This document shows, one piece after another, positions 26,481 to 39,136 of a stretch of DNA of 64,000 nt. Source of the DNA: Octopus sinensis (taxonomy: Eukaryota); contig NC_043009.1 of assembly GCF_006345805.1 (NCBI RefSeq), positions 17,422,001 through 17,486,000 of the forward strand, given 5' to 3'. How positions within the stretch are numbered: the stretch's first letter is position 1; every line of letters starts with the position of its first letter. The notes under the pieces were generated by a model. The model ran no database searches. It was given only the letters and a program-made list of their open reading frames with translations, and was not told the DNA's origin. The position numbers were made by a program, and so were the translations under genes.

Positions 26481-26626
26481 AGTGACCTTAAATAGACTAC
26501 TCAACTCTGTGCTTATGTTAATTACTCCTTCTTGGAAATGACATGCTGTATTGAAGCTCCAATACAAACAAGAGTGGATAGAGCTGGAAAAGAAATAAAA
26601 TCAGAGAGGATCAGAGAGGGAAAACA

Positions 26627-27140
26627 ACACTGACAAGTTAGCTGACCAGATGTTAGGGGTGATGTGGTCACAGAAATTGTCTGACAGCCATGACTGGGTT
26701 CTCCTGTTTGTGTGGCACAGTACAAAGTCCTGTTCCCAGACATAGGGTCTTCCAACAGCCACCCTCTTGATCCAGGGCAGCACTAATTCCTCCAGGCATT
26801 TGATGTAGGCCTCTGTGTTGAGTCCGAGGCTGTGTGGGAAGATGAATGGAGGCATATCATCACCATCACAAGTTATCACTCCAAACACCCTGATGTTGAC
26901 TGGATGTTTGATTTTTATCACTCTCACTACATGTTCCTATGGGTGCATGTTTGTATTGGAGCTTCAGTACAGCATGTCATTTCCAAGTTTCTGGCAGAGT
27001 GAATTGCATCATGGTGCTATTTTTCTCATAGACAGTGCCTAACTGACCCTACTATACTGTATAGTCAACAAAATAAAAAACAAACAATGCATATGCACAG
27101 AATTAAAAATATAAAATAGCGACAATTTACCCATCACACC

Positions 27141-27143
<3 letters not shown>
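26627..27143 (-). mobile_element. Truncated DD37D (maT) Tc1/mariner element
   Basis: KHPVNIRVFGVITCDGDDMPPFIFPHSLGLN...YVWEQD...NIW. TIR cagggtgtgatgggtaaattgtc next to TA. Homologous to 52195-53075. Confidence 0.88.
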
Positions 27144-27178
<35 letters not shown>

Positions 27179-27289
27179 GTAGGTCCCGGGTTGAGTCGGG
27201 GTTAACCACAGTAAATAAGGTACTCAATACATAGCAGAGTAAATTAATTTATTATATAGAAGGAGCTTCTACAGGACTAGAACTTAAAA

Positions 27290-28260
27290 AGAACCCTCGA
27301 CTTAAAAACCTCACTTTATTACCCGTACCACAAACCTAATGAATCCCTTAGATATATAGACATTAATTCCAACCACCCCAAAAATATATTAGACAACCTA
27401 GTAAAAAGTGTCTCAATTAGAATATCTAGCCTGTCCGCTACTGAAGATATCTTTAATGCCGCAGCCCCCTATTACAACGAAGCCCTGGCCCGCAGTGGCT
27501 TTAAAGATAAGATCACCTATACTAGTATAGCCCCACGCCAACCCAGGAAAAATAGGCGAAGACACATTAGCTGGTACAACCCCCCCCCCTTCAACCGTGA
27601 GGTCGCTACACCTGTAGCTAAAATCTTCTTCACTCTCCTACAGAAACACTTCCCTACCCAACATAAGTACTATACTATCCTAAATAAGAACACCATTAGA
27701 CTCTCCTACTCTACCACGCCCAATCTAGCCAGGAACCTAGCCAACAACAACGTGAAAAAACTTAATATATCTACTCTTTCCGAGGCCCATCCAACATCCG
27801 ATAGCAATTGCAACTGCCCTGATAAAACCACCTGCCCCCTCAACAACAACTGCCTACAGAGGGACCTCGTCTATACATGCGAGGTACGATCAGGCCCCGA
27901 TGATAAAAGAAAATCGTACATCGGAATGACGTCAAACAGCTTTAAGACCCGCTGGTACACCCACACACACTCGTTCCGGCGACCTGATAAATCCAACCAA
28001 ACTACCCTCGCCGCCCACATCTGGTACCTTAAAAGGAACTCCATCCCCTTCAAGACCAAGTGGAGACTACTACAGAAGGCGCGTTCGTACACAGGAGGCC
28101 ATACCTGCTGTGACCTTTGCATTTCCGAGAGCCTAGAGATCTTGTTCGCCAAAGGCCATCTCCTCAACTAGATCTCAGAACACTCCCCAAATTGCATGCA
28201 TAAAATTTATGCAAACTACAAGAACTATAGACCCACCCGGCAACCCGATTGACGACACCC
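27290..28260 (+). pseudogene. PLE RT C-terminus plus GIY-YIG endonuclease (one frameshift at the poly-C near 27580, one internal stop at 28169)
   Basis: ORF track 27752-28171 plus the upstream frame NHPKNILDNLVKSVSIRISSLSATEDIFNAAAPYYNEALARSGF. Confidence 0.9.
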
Positions 28261-28426
28261 ACCCACAAAAACCCCCCAACCCCACCGTTCCCCCAGCACC
28301 CCCGATTAACTTTCCTCCTAAGACTATTCACAGATTGTATATGTACACTTGTATATATGTATTGTATATATGTATAGAAATGAATGGGTGTTAGTAGGAA
28401 TATACGCATGTATGTGAGTGCGTGTA

Positions 28427-28461
<35 letters not shown>

Positions 28462-28484
28462 GTGGGTTTTTTTTTTATATAATT

Positions 28485-28528
<44 letters not shown>

Positions 28529-30180
28529 GTATGTATGTATATGTAGTGTGTATATATATATGTGTATATATGTGTGTATGTATGTGTATGTATGTGTATA
28601 TTTATGTGTAATATAAATATTTTATTATATAGATAATATAATTTATTATTATATATGTTGTGTGTACGTCGTGTGTTCATGTATATGTAAGTATGTAGAG
28701 TTCTTGGATGGGATGTTATGTATTGTATATATACATATGTGTAGATAGGTATATAGTGTATACTTATATGTATGTGTATGTGTATATATATATATATGTG
28801 TAAAAAAATGTGTGTGTAAATGTATATATATATGTGTGTGTATGTGTGTGTATATATGTATATATGTATATGTATATAGATATATATATATATATATATG
28901 TATGTATATATATATATGTACGCTTGTGTGTTTATGCATATGTAGGTATGTAGAGTTATGTGTGTATGTATGTATATATACATATGTGTAAATAGGTATA
29001 TATGGGTATGTTTATATGTATGTATCCGTCTGTATAATGGGTAACTGCACGTATATATATTTATTATTATTATTATTATTATTATTTGAGTATGCATGTA
29101 TGTATATATGTGTATGCCTGTATGCATGTATGTATTTATGAACAGAAGGAGGCGCGTGTGTGTGTGTGGATGTGTATGCATATGTATAGACATATGTATA
29201 CATTTATGCATGTATGTACTTATGTGTATATATAGATGCGCGTTGTGTGTATGTGTATACGCATATATTATATATATATATATGTGTGTGTGTGTATGTG
29301 TATATATGTATGAATGTATATGTGTATGTATATGTATATATATGTATATATATATGTATATGTGTATGTATATGTATGTATGTGTATGTATGTGTATATG
29401 TATATGTGTATATATATTAATTAGTGTATATGTATGGACTAGTCTTCTGTGGGTGTATTGAGGTATGTATGTGTATGCGTGTGTGTATGAGTATGTGTGT
29501 ACGTGTGAGTGTGTGGGCGTGAGTGAGTGCTTGCGTCCGTATCAGTGAGTAGATAGATAAACGGAATCTTTAGATCATCCCTTGAGACCGGCTGACCGGT
29601 CAAGATAAAAATAAAGATATAAACAAAAGTAGTAGTAATAATAAAATTAAAATAAGAGAATAAAAATGTGTGTGTATGTGTGTGCATCTATATGCATGTG
29701 TATATATATGTGTGTATGTATATATATGTGCGAGTGTGTATACATATATGTATATATATGTATGTATATGTGTATTTGTGTGTACGTACATGGGTACGTG
29801 TATATATATGTATATATATGTATATGTATATGTATGTGTATGTGTATGTATGCATATATATATGTATGTATATGTGGGTATGTATGTATATGTGGGTATG
29901 TATGTATATGTATAGATATATGTGAATATGTGGGTGTAGATATGTGTATATATATATATATGTAGATGTACAAGTGAGAGTCTCCTTACTTACCTAAAAC
30001 TCTATTTTTCTATTTATTTTTTTATTCTTTTATTTATTCTTTTATCTACTTTACCACCGATTCCTTTGACACACTCCCTAATAATGACAGTTTTGCGCCA
30101 TGCCTACCCCCAAAAAGTCCCCCACCACACCCATTTAAACCTGCCTAAATGTATAAATGCCAAAACAACTCTTGTCTACT

Positions 30181-30231
30181 AGCTTCCTGATGATTTCTTT
30201 TGAATGAAACAGTTCTAGTCCTGTAGAAGCT
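30181..30231 (+). ncRNA. Type I hammerhead ribozyme motif
   Basis: agcttc-CTGATGA-tttcttttgaat-GAAA-cag-ttctagtc-ctg-TA-gaagct. Perfect 6-bp stem I, intact core, stem III ACAG/CTGT and a GUA cleavage triplet. Stem II is weak. Confidence 0.8.
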
Positions 30232-31157
30232 CCTTCTATATAATAAATATATATATATATATATATATATTTTATAGAAGGAGCTTCTACAGGACTAGAA
30301 CTGTTTCATTTGAATGAAATATATATATGTAGAAGCTCCTTCTATAAAATAAATTAATTTACTCTGCTATGTATTGAGTACCTTATTTACTGTGGTTAAC
30401 CCCGACTCAACCCGGCACCTACATATATATATATATAATATATATATATATTTTATATATATATTCTTTTTCTATCCCACTAAAGTGTACTAGGAGGAAA
30501 GATTCGAACAAGAGTGGATAGAGCTGGAAAAGAAATAAAATCAGAGAAGATCAGAGAGTGAAAGACATAGTTGTGCTAGATGAGCTGGAGTGAAAATTTT
30601 TCAGAGGCGACTGAAAGAATAGGCAGAAGATAAGGAGGGATAAGATAGAAAAATATGTAACCATAAAGTGAAGACAGAGAAAGAAGGACTAGAAAATGAC
30701 ATATTGGGGGAGAAAGTAAGTAAACAAAGGGGAAATTAGGGAGGGGAAGGGAATATAGAGAGAGACAGAAACTGGCAGAACTTCAAAATACCCCACCAAA
30801 AAGTTTGATGTCATACATTCATGTGATGTCAAACTTATTTTAATTTCCTCTTTTAGCTTCTCTTTAATCTTTTTGGTTCTTTCTCTCTCTCTCTCCTTTT
30901 CCTCTCTAACATATTGACAGGTAGAAAAAGGGAGGCATTCATCATGAGAGAAATCTAAAGACACAGGGAGAGCAGATTGACAGTGATGGTTGTGCCAATT
31001 TCAAAACTGGAAATATCTCAAACCAGAAAATATTTCAATTTATACTTTCTTTTGCAGTGAAAAGAAGTTATGTGGAAGAAATTAGGTCTTTAAATGTCAT
31101 AATATATTTATATCTTCTGTAATAAACTTTGTTGTGTGTTTATATATACATACATAA

Positions 31158-31190
<33 letters not shown>

Positions 31191-32385
31191 TATAAATGTA
31201 CAAAGAGAGAGAGAGTCTCATGAACACATCAATATATGTATATATATATACACACACATATATATTTATACACATTCACACACACACACACACATACATA
31301 TACCTACATATACTTGCGTATGTATATGCATGCATATATAAATGTATGTATTTATGTATGTGTGCGTATATATTTTTACACACGCACAAACACACACACA
31401 CACATACACACACATACATGCATATGGAGGTAAGTTAGGACAATTGTGCTGATGACACCTATTTAGACAGAAACGTGCATTTATGCGTGTTTCCTTTACC
31501 TATAGACAACAGGCCTGTCCTTTACTTTGGTAGCATGTCAACTCTGTAGAAGTCTTGAATCATGAGATTATTTCTTCTTTTGTTATTAAGCTGGGCTCAG
31601 TTGTCATTTGGTAATTGTAACACATTCTCTAGAAGTAGAGAATTCTAATAGATCAAGAATTTACACTGTATGGTATTTGATATATCTGAATTTGCCTCTG
31701 TTGTTCAGATACACGTTACTAGCCTCTAAATGCTATTTCTCTTTGTTCATTTTCATATAAGTGAATAATTTAGCCGGACAGGAAATATATATGTCTTGTC
31801 CAGTTAAATTATTCATTTACATTTACTGTTTACATAATTTTTATCATGTAGTTCAGTGGGGAATTAGTTAGCAACACCATTCACATATGAGCCAAAGTAA
31901 TAACTGTCAGTAGTAAACTCCACAGATGTTTTCCTTATTCTATGGTGCAAGTCATTCATACAACTAACTTTTTATATACAACCTGTTATTCTGGACTGAC
32001 TTAAATAAACTACTCTGCTCTACGTTTCTATTAGGTATCTCTTCTCTGGGTCATTGTTATTTTTGATGGTGTGAGCTTGCCAGTAATTTAAGGAAATAAT
32101 AATTGGAAAATGAAACTTCAAAAATAAAGAGGTTTTTATTGTGTTAGCCTCAATAAGATATTGGTTTCAAGTTTTGGCACAAGGCCAGCAATTTCAGGAG
32201 GGGATGCAAATCAATTGCATCACCCCTAGCATTTCACTGGTATTTATTTTATCAACCCCTAAAGGATGATGGGCAAAGTCAACCTCAGCAAAATTTGAAC
32301 TCAGAACATAAGACAGATGAAATGCTGCTGAGCATTTTGCTCCACCCAATAATGGTTCTGCCAACTTGCCACCTTAAATCAGAAT

Positions 32386-32504
32386 GACTACAGCACCAAG
32401 GTTTCCCAAATGGTTACCCGTCTAAGTACGAACTAGTTTTGATGTTGCTTAACTTCAGTGATCAGATGAGAACTGATGCATTCAGCATGATACGGCAGAA
32501 AAGC
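32386..32504 (-). pseudogene. Full-length (119 bp) diverged 5S rRNA pseudogene
   Basis: The minus strand gccgtatcatgctgaatgcatcagttctcatctgatcactgaagttaagcaacatc...gtacttagacgggtaacc...tgggaaaccttggtgctgtag is collinear with metazoan 5S rRNA, with many CpG-type transitions. Confidence 0.85.
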
Positions 32505-32990
32505 AAGCAAACCTCGATAAAATATTAAAGTAATTTATATAAATATTTTCCTTCTATAGAATTCTCTTTGGATCCAATCCTTCCAAAAAGTTTCAATGAA
32601 AAGATTAAATGATCTTGCAAGTCTAAATAAAATATATTGATTCCATTTTATGTCAATAAAATGTTTGATACCAGTTTTATTTTTGTTTTAAAATGCTGGA
32701 ATTTTTTATGATAAAGGTATACTAAAACAAACACACACATACATCTGCTGAATTCACTCCTAAGTGAGTTTCAAATTCTGTGCTTGTGAAGCAAACTTCT
32801 TAACGAATAACCAAATATGTCACATCTAATCATGTATGTGTATATGTATACTTAATAAGAAGCTTGTTTCCCACCCACATGGTCATGGGTTCATGGAACT
32901 TTGGGCTAGTCTCTTCTACTATAGCTTCAGGCCTACCAAAGCCTTGTTGGTGGATTTCGTAGACAGAAACTGAAAGAAGTATGTCGTGTA

Positions 32991-33038
<48 letters not shown>

Positions 33039-34349
33039 TGTGTGTGTGTACATGTGAGTGTGTGTGTGAGTATGTGTGTGTATGTGAGTGCGTGTGAGTG
33101 TGTGTGTGTGTGTGAGTGTGTGTGTGTGAGTGTGTGCGTGTGTGTGTGTGTGTGTATGTGAGTGTGTATGTGAGTGTGTGTATGTGTACATGTCTTTGTA
33201 TTTGTGCTTGTCCTCCACTACTGCTTGATGACTGGTGTTGGTGTGTTTACATCCCTGTAACTTAGCAGTGCAGCAAAAGTGAGTGATAAAATAATCGTCA
33301 GGTTTAAATAGAAAAAGAAGTGATGAGGTCAAATAAAAGATAAAAGATATATTTAATGTGTATATAACTCTACACACAAACATGTATCTTTCGTACACAT
33401 AAGAGAAGTGAAGGCTGTGACTTGGGAACAAAGCTAAGGTATTTTATGCAAGGAATTCCATCCTTACCACAACCAGCTGCTGTTATGTGTCAAATCACAC
33501 AAACACATATTTCATACAGGGTGGAGGGTGCAGCCACCTTCAATAAATTACCATACTTTTTCACTGTATGGTAACTAACCGAAAAGAGAAGATTATTCTG
33601 GGTCTGTTTGGTCACCTGAGCTTGCTGACTGTAAATGTATTAAAAGAGCTAGAATAATGCAATAAAGTGCAGGGGATGAGTAAACCCTTTAGCATTCAGA
33701 TAACTCCATCAAATGTAATGCTTATTTATCCACTTTTTTTAAAAAATTAACCATGCATTATCTTGTAATTTCAGGATTTCAAAGATGTGATTGTTTGACT
33801 TTAGAATGACATTGAAGGGTAGGTGTGAGAGGTCTCTCTGAGTACAGCAAAAGGTTTCTTTATTGGCTGAAAAACAGGGCCAAGATAGGTATAAGGTGGG
33901 TAAATGTTAGCCCACGTTACACTTTGTCACAGTAGAAAATGCTAAACAGAAGACATTCATCTTAAACTGCTGTTTTATTGGCTTCTTTTATTTAAATTGC
34001 TTTAATGGTTTGTGCTTTTTTTTTTATATATTATAAAGCAATTTCCAGTCACACATTACATATAGATACTGTGGCCATTGATAATCATGTTTGTAATTTA
34101 GTTTCTTTAATAAATGTACTTAACATGGTGACTCATATAATTATTTAACTCAACTAATAACACTAGATGTAATTTAATTTGAAAAGCTATTTGGTCATTA
34201 TAGTCACAGATTCTGTAGATTTCTTCATTTCTATTATCAAAATTTTGTACCAAATTTATCTATACAAAATATGGAATGTAACTGGTATGACTGAAACTTA
34301 CACATGAGTAAATACTGAATATGTGTGTGAGTGTGTGTGTGTGCATGTA

Positions 34350-34386
<37 letters not shown>

Positions 34387-34429
34387 ATGCGCGCGTGTGT
34401 GTGTGTGTGTGTGTGTGTACATATATATA

Positions 34430-34632
34430 TATTCGCCATGATCGATCGCTAGCCAGTAAAACTTTTCCATTTTCTCTCCCTGTTTATTTCTGTGTTCCTT
34501 TCAGTCAAAGAGCATAGGCTCGAAATGTAAAAGACTTTCTCACTTCCCAAGCATTAAACTAAAACATCTGTTTGTTGTTTACACACCCGTCTTCGTCTTT
34601 TGTTTTTTTGCAAATTCTCACTATATATATAT
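34430..34632 (+). mobile_element. Probable PLE terminal-repeat fragment between TA tracts, with hammerhead relic
   Basis: cttt-cagtcaaa-gagc-atag-gctc-GAAA-tg-TA-aaag. Stems I and II are intact but the CUGANGA core is mutated. Confidence 0.45.
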
Positions 34633-37254
34633 ACCCTTTCCTTAGTAGCCAGCCTTCTTTTCCATATCTATGATGCATCAACTAGCTCGTGCACCTCTTC
34701 TATGTCTGAAATCAAAACTTCGCCATGCCTAACACTCACTCCAAACCCATCTTACCCCCAACAATTTTCCTACTCTTGCTCTATTCTATCTTTTCAGTAG
34801 ACCATTCTCTCATCTCCTTCAGCTCTTCCAGTCAGAGCTTGTCACCCACTCCTCACCATTAAAAAAAACTTGTGATGATGGAGGCAGTGGCAATGGTGGT
34901 GGTAAACAGATGGGACAGACTACTTGTGAACAGGTGTATTGGGCAACAATGGTCACTGTTGTTGTTGTTGCTGGTGTAGTAGTGATATTGGTGGCATTGG
35001 TGACAGTTGTTGTTTAGCCCCAGGTCAAACCTGATCAAGCAAATCTATGATGAAAGGTTATTATCTAGAAACTAAATTATTTAAAGTACCCTTTCCATTT
35101 TAAGACAGTAGTGGTGTTTTTTGAGGGAATTTGGTTGCTATTTTGAACAGATCAACCAACTACCCAGAAACTTCCTTTGTTATAAGATCAGTCATTGTTA
35201 TTGTTGTTGTTGTTTGACCCCAGATTAGTCTTAGTCAAGAAAGCATTCCTGTTATGAATATTCTACCTTTGAATATCAACTAATACATTATCAAGTGTGT
35301 CCATTTCTCTTTAATTTGGTAGGATGAAATTTGGGTAGGATTTACTGTTATTTCTAGCACATCAGTCACTCATACTCACACACTGATTTATGATGGTTGT
35401 TTAGATGGTGGTGGTGGTGGTGTAGTGGGGGTGGTAGTGTTGGTGGTGATATCACAATCTTAGTAAAAATATGGTTTCTGAGATAAATACCATTATCAAT
35501 AATTCTATGGATTTTTGAGATGCACAACTAATTTTCAAGGTATCTAATTTTATTAGTGATCAGGGATTATGGATTTCTCCAAAGATTTTGAGTTAGATGA
35601 CATTTAAGATATATTACAATTTAGTTGAAGAATTCTTATTTGAGGCATGTTATGTTTTGAAGTTTAAAGTATTAAATAGACTAGTTGGAGACTTTGTAAG
35701 GTATAAAAGGCTAATAATGGCTTTATAGTTGAGAGAAAGTGAGATTTGTGTAGTGACACTACTTAGAAACATTGTGCTTAAGTAAGGTAACATTTTATGT
35801 AACACAGGTTGATGAGGAAGTTGTGTTTGTGATTGGTTAGTTGAAAACTGTAAACAGGCTAATGTAGAATTCAGGGATAGTCAACTCATAAAATTACTAA
35901 CTAAACATTGTAGTGCAGATAGAACAATATCACATCAACATACTAATAATTGATTTCCATTTTTTTATTTCCCTGTCGGCATTATCATCTCTTTATCATA
36001 TTTATGTACTACCGAAGCAAAGATGCAAAGAATATTTTCAACCACTACAAAGAGAATAATGTAAAAACCATAACGTTATAGTATTAGATTTTGTTTGTAA
36101 ATTTCTCTTTTTTTTTTTTTGAAGGGTGGGGAAATAAATAGTGCTTTAGTGTAGGCTGCTGTATGGTGATGTGGCAGTAGTGAGAAGTTGTACTGTTTAC
36201 ACCAGGAATCACAAGATATTCGTGAATATTTAATGAAGAATTGATTGATATTAAAACTGTCTTAAGTGTATAAAAATTAGGAAAATAGATTTTGGTCAAA
36301 ACTTAAAATTAAAATGGACGCTGTTTCCTGAAAATCATTTATAATGACAATCTGTAATAAAATTTAGGAAAACAAGAACAAAATAAAAACGTTTACTCTT
36401 GTATTTTGTTTTTAACTTTTATATAAGTATTTATAATTATTTAGCTGGTTAATGAAATCAAAAAGACAAAGACTTTTCAAATAAACTTTTACTTCCTGTA
36501 ATGTAAATAGCACTTGAACTGTTATCACATTCTTTACTGATTTGCTTATGTATCAAGATGCTGACATAACTCACATTAAATGATGTCTTGCAAGCTATTA
36601 GGTGTCTGAGACACCATTGAAGAATTTTGTCTTCATTGTGCAATTCTAAAAACGACTCATTAAAATGAGTTCCAGTGGCTTTCCCTAGGCCTATAGCACT
36701 ACAAGACAACAAAGTTACTGCTTACAACAGTGACCTTCCTCCACTGTGGTATCTATTCAAAGTTATGCAGACAGACAAATCAAGATTTCAGTGTCTTTGG
36801 ATCAGACAGTCTCCATGACAAGGCACACTGCCAACTCCTGCACGTCATTGACTCAGCCTCTCAATTTTTAACTTTTACTTATTTCAGTCATTAGACTGTG
36901 ACTATGCTGGAGCACTCCTTTGAAGGGTTTAGTTGAAAATGTTGACCCAGTAACTGTTTTTTTAAGCCTGGTACTTATTCTATCAGCCTCTTTCACCAAA
37001 CCACTAAGTTATGTGGGTATAAACAAACATTGGTTGTCAAATGATGGTTGGGGACAAATACAAACACAATGGCTCACATATACAATGGGCTCCTTTCAGT
37101 TTCTCTCTACTAAATCTACTCACAACGCTTTGGTTAGCCCAGTGATACAGTAGAAGACATCTGCCAAAGGTGCCACACACCTCGTGGTTTGAAAGCAAAC
37201 CTCTTGCTAGAAAAAAGCAAACCCTGTTTGCTTCTTTCTAGATGCAGGCATGAC

Positions 37255-37294
37255 TGTTAGGAAATCCTAGATATTTATCTAGGATTTCCTAACA
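37255..37294. repeat. Perfect 19-bp-arm palindrome
   Basis: tgttaggaaatcctagata-tt-tatctaggatttcctaaca. Confidence 0.95.
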
Positions 37295-38449
37295 TGAACC
37301 AATGTAATTATCTTTATATAATGTTAATATCTTGAGAAATGCATGAACATCATGACATTTTCTCTTCACTAAAAAGATGAAGCTTTATCTCTCTATCAGA
37401 CACTAGTGTTGTGCTTAAAGTGGTGAACTGACAGAATCGTTAGTACGCCAGGTGAAATGCTTAGCAGCATTTCGTCTGTTTTTATATTGTGAGTTCAAAT
37501 TCCACTGAGATCCACTTTACCTTTCATCCTTTCAGGGTTGATAAAAATAGGTACCAGTTGAGTACTGGGATCGATGTAATCAACCCTCTCCCACAAAATT
37601 GCTGGCCTTGTGCCAAAATTTGAAATCAATAATAGTGTGTGTTTAAAATGGTGAGTTGGCAGAATTACTAGATTGTTGGAAGAAATACCTTGCTCTTCAG
37701 ATTCCAAGATAAAATTTTACCAAGGTCAACTTATGTCTTTTTGGGGTCAATAAAATAAAGTTATCAAACAGTAATCGATTTGTCCCACCCCTCAGAACTG
37801 CTATCCTTGTGCCAAAGTTAGAAAGAATATTAGCGTCATGTTTAACTTTATGTCATCAAAGTAAAATAAAAGCCAGTACACTCCTAACCAGTCAAATGTT
37901 TTTAAAAGCCATCTTTCGATAGAAGTTGCCAAAATGCTTCTACAGGAATTACATGTTATCATCGTATAATATATATTCAAACATCAGTCAAACTAAAATT
38001 AATAACTACATTACTATAGGTTTTGATATAAAACCAAGATGAAATGTCAGGTGAGCATTTTGGATGATTTTAATGGTAACCACTTTAGAATAAACAAAGA
38101 TGTAGAATGAGATAGTCAGATTTAATCTGAATGGATTAAAAGTAGAGTGAAAAATATATGTCTGGAATGGTTTGATGTGATTCTGGAAAATGAGAACTGG
38201 TAACCAATGGCAGTTTATTAAAACAGTGGGATGTTGGAGCAAAATACATTATGGTAAATAGATACAAGTGAAAAGAACAATGGTTAATCAGTGAAGGAAG
38301 CTAAGGAAGTAAACAGGGATTGAATGAGAGAGGATTTGTGGGATCCCAGATTTGAAAGGAATGTAGTTATATCAGGTGGGGTTAGTCATTAGCAAATATA
38401 TAATCAGCACTCTTTGTATTGTAGATGTACTAAAAAAAAAATAATAATC

Positions 38450-38495
<46 letters not shown>

Positions 38496-39101
38496 TTATA
38501 ATAATAATGATAATAATAATAATAATAATGATAAGGATGATGATGAGGATAATGATGACCAACTATAAAATAAAATATAATAATTAAAAATATAGGCAAC
38601 TAATAAAAATACTGTAAAGGTATTCATTCCTTGCCAATATAGAACAATAAACATAAGATGAACACTTACTACTTATGATGGTCCAACCCATGCTAGCATG
38701 GAGAACGGACGTTAAACGACGATGATGATGATGATGATGATGTTAAGGATTATGATGATGAGGAGGAGGGGTATGACAATAGTTACTCAGTTAATAATTT
38801 GAAATTACAATATTTATCTCATGTCAGTTAATCAGCAACCATTTGGGTTAAACTAGCAGAAAACTTGTTCTGACAGACAGTCAGACCCCAGCAGGTATAA
38901 GCTTGAAAGTCTTGCGTTTTAGAAAAGTGCTCAAGAGAAAATATTTCTGTTGCCCAGCCACTAGTGTTTACCATGTGTTTACCAATTTTTCAAATTGGAA
39001 CCCAACATTTCTGTGTTGAAAGAGGAGACTGGAAGGGTTGACAAAAAGAAAATCATCAAACCATGAATCAAAAACCACACCAGCAGGGAAAGATGGACAT
39101 A

Positions 39102-39136
<35 letters not shown>

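Larger units (their letters stand above)
27178..30427 (+). mobile_element. Young 5'-truncated Penelope-like retroelement in (TA)n
   Basis: Inverted copy of the 3' tail at 27178-27284. RT thumb/linker and GIY-YIG coding at 27290-28260 (PYHKPN...YIDINSNHP...WYNPP...CNC...DLVY...SYIGMT...CDLC). Microsatellite-rich UTR, hammerhead at 30181-30231 and tail at 30329-30427. Confidence 0.93.

Noticed and set aside
28324-29973. Long ORFs (up to 295 aa) rich in H/T/Y/I or M/Y/V/C
   Set aside because: They are translations of TA/TG/TATG microsatellites. The same applies at 7.1-7.4, 31.1-31.4, 33.0-33.4 and 39.7-40.3 kb.
26567-30563. 57-bp direct repeats read as the TSD or LTRs of a composite transposon
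   Set aside because: They are too long for a TSD and not at element boundaries. The left copy is fused to an inverted local fragment and is better explained as templated repair.
32386-32504. Functional 5S rRNA gene
   Set aside because: It has many substitutions, is a solitary copy, and has no T-run terminator.
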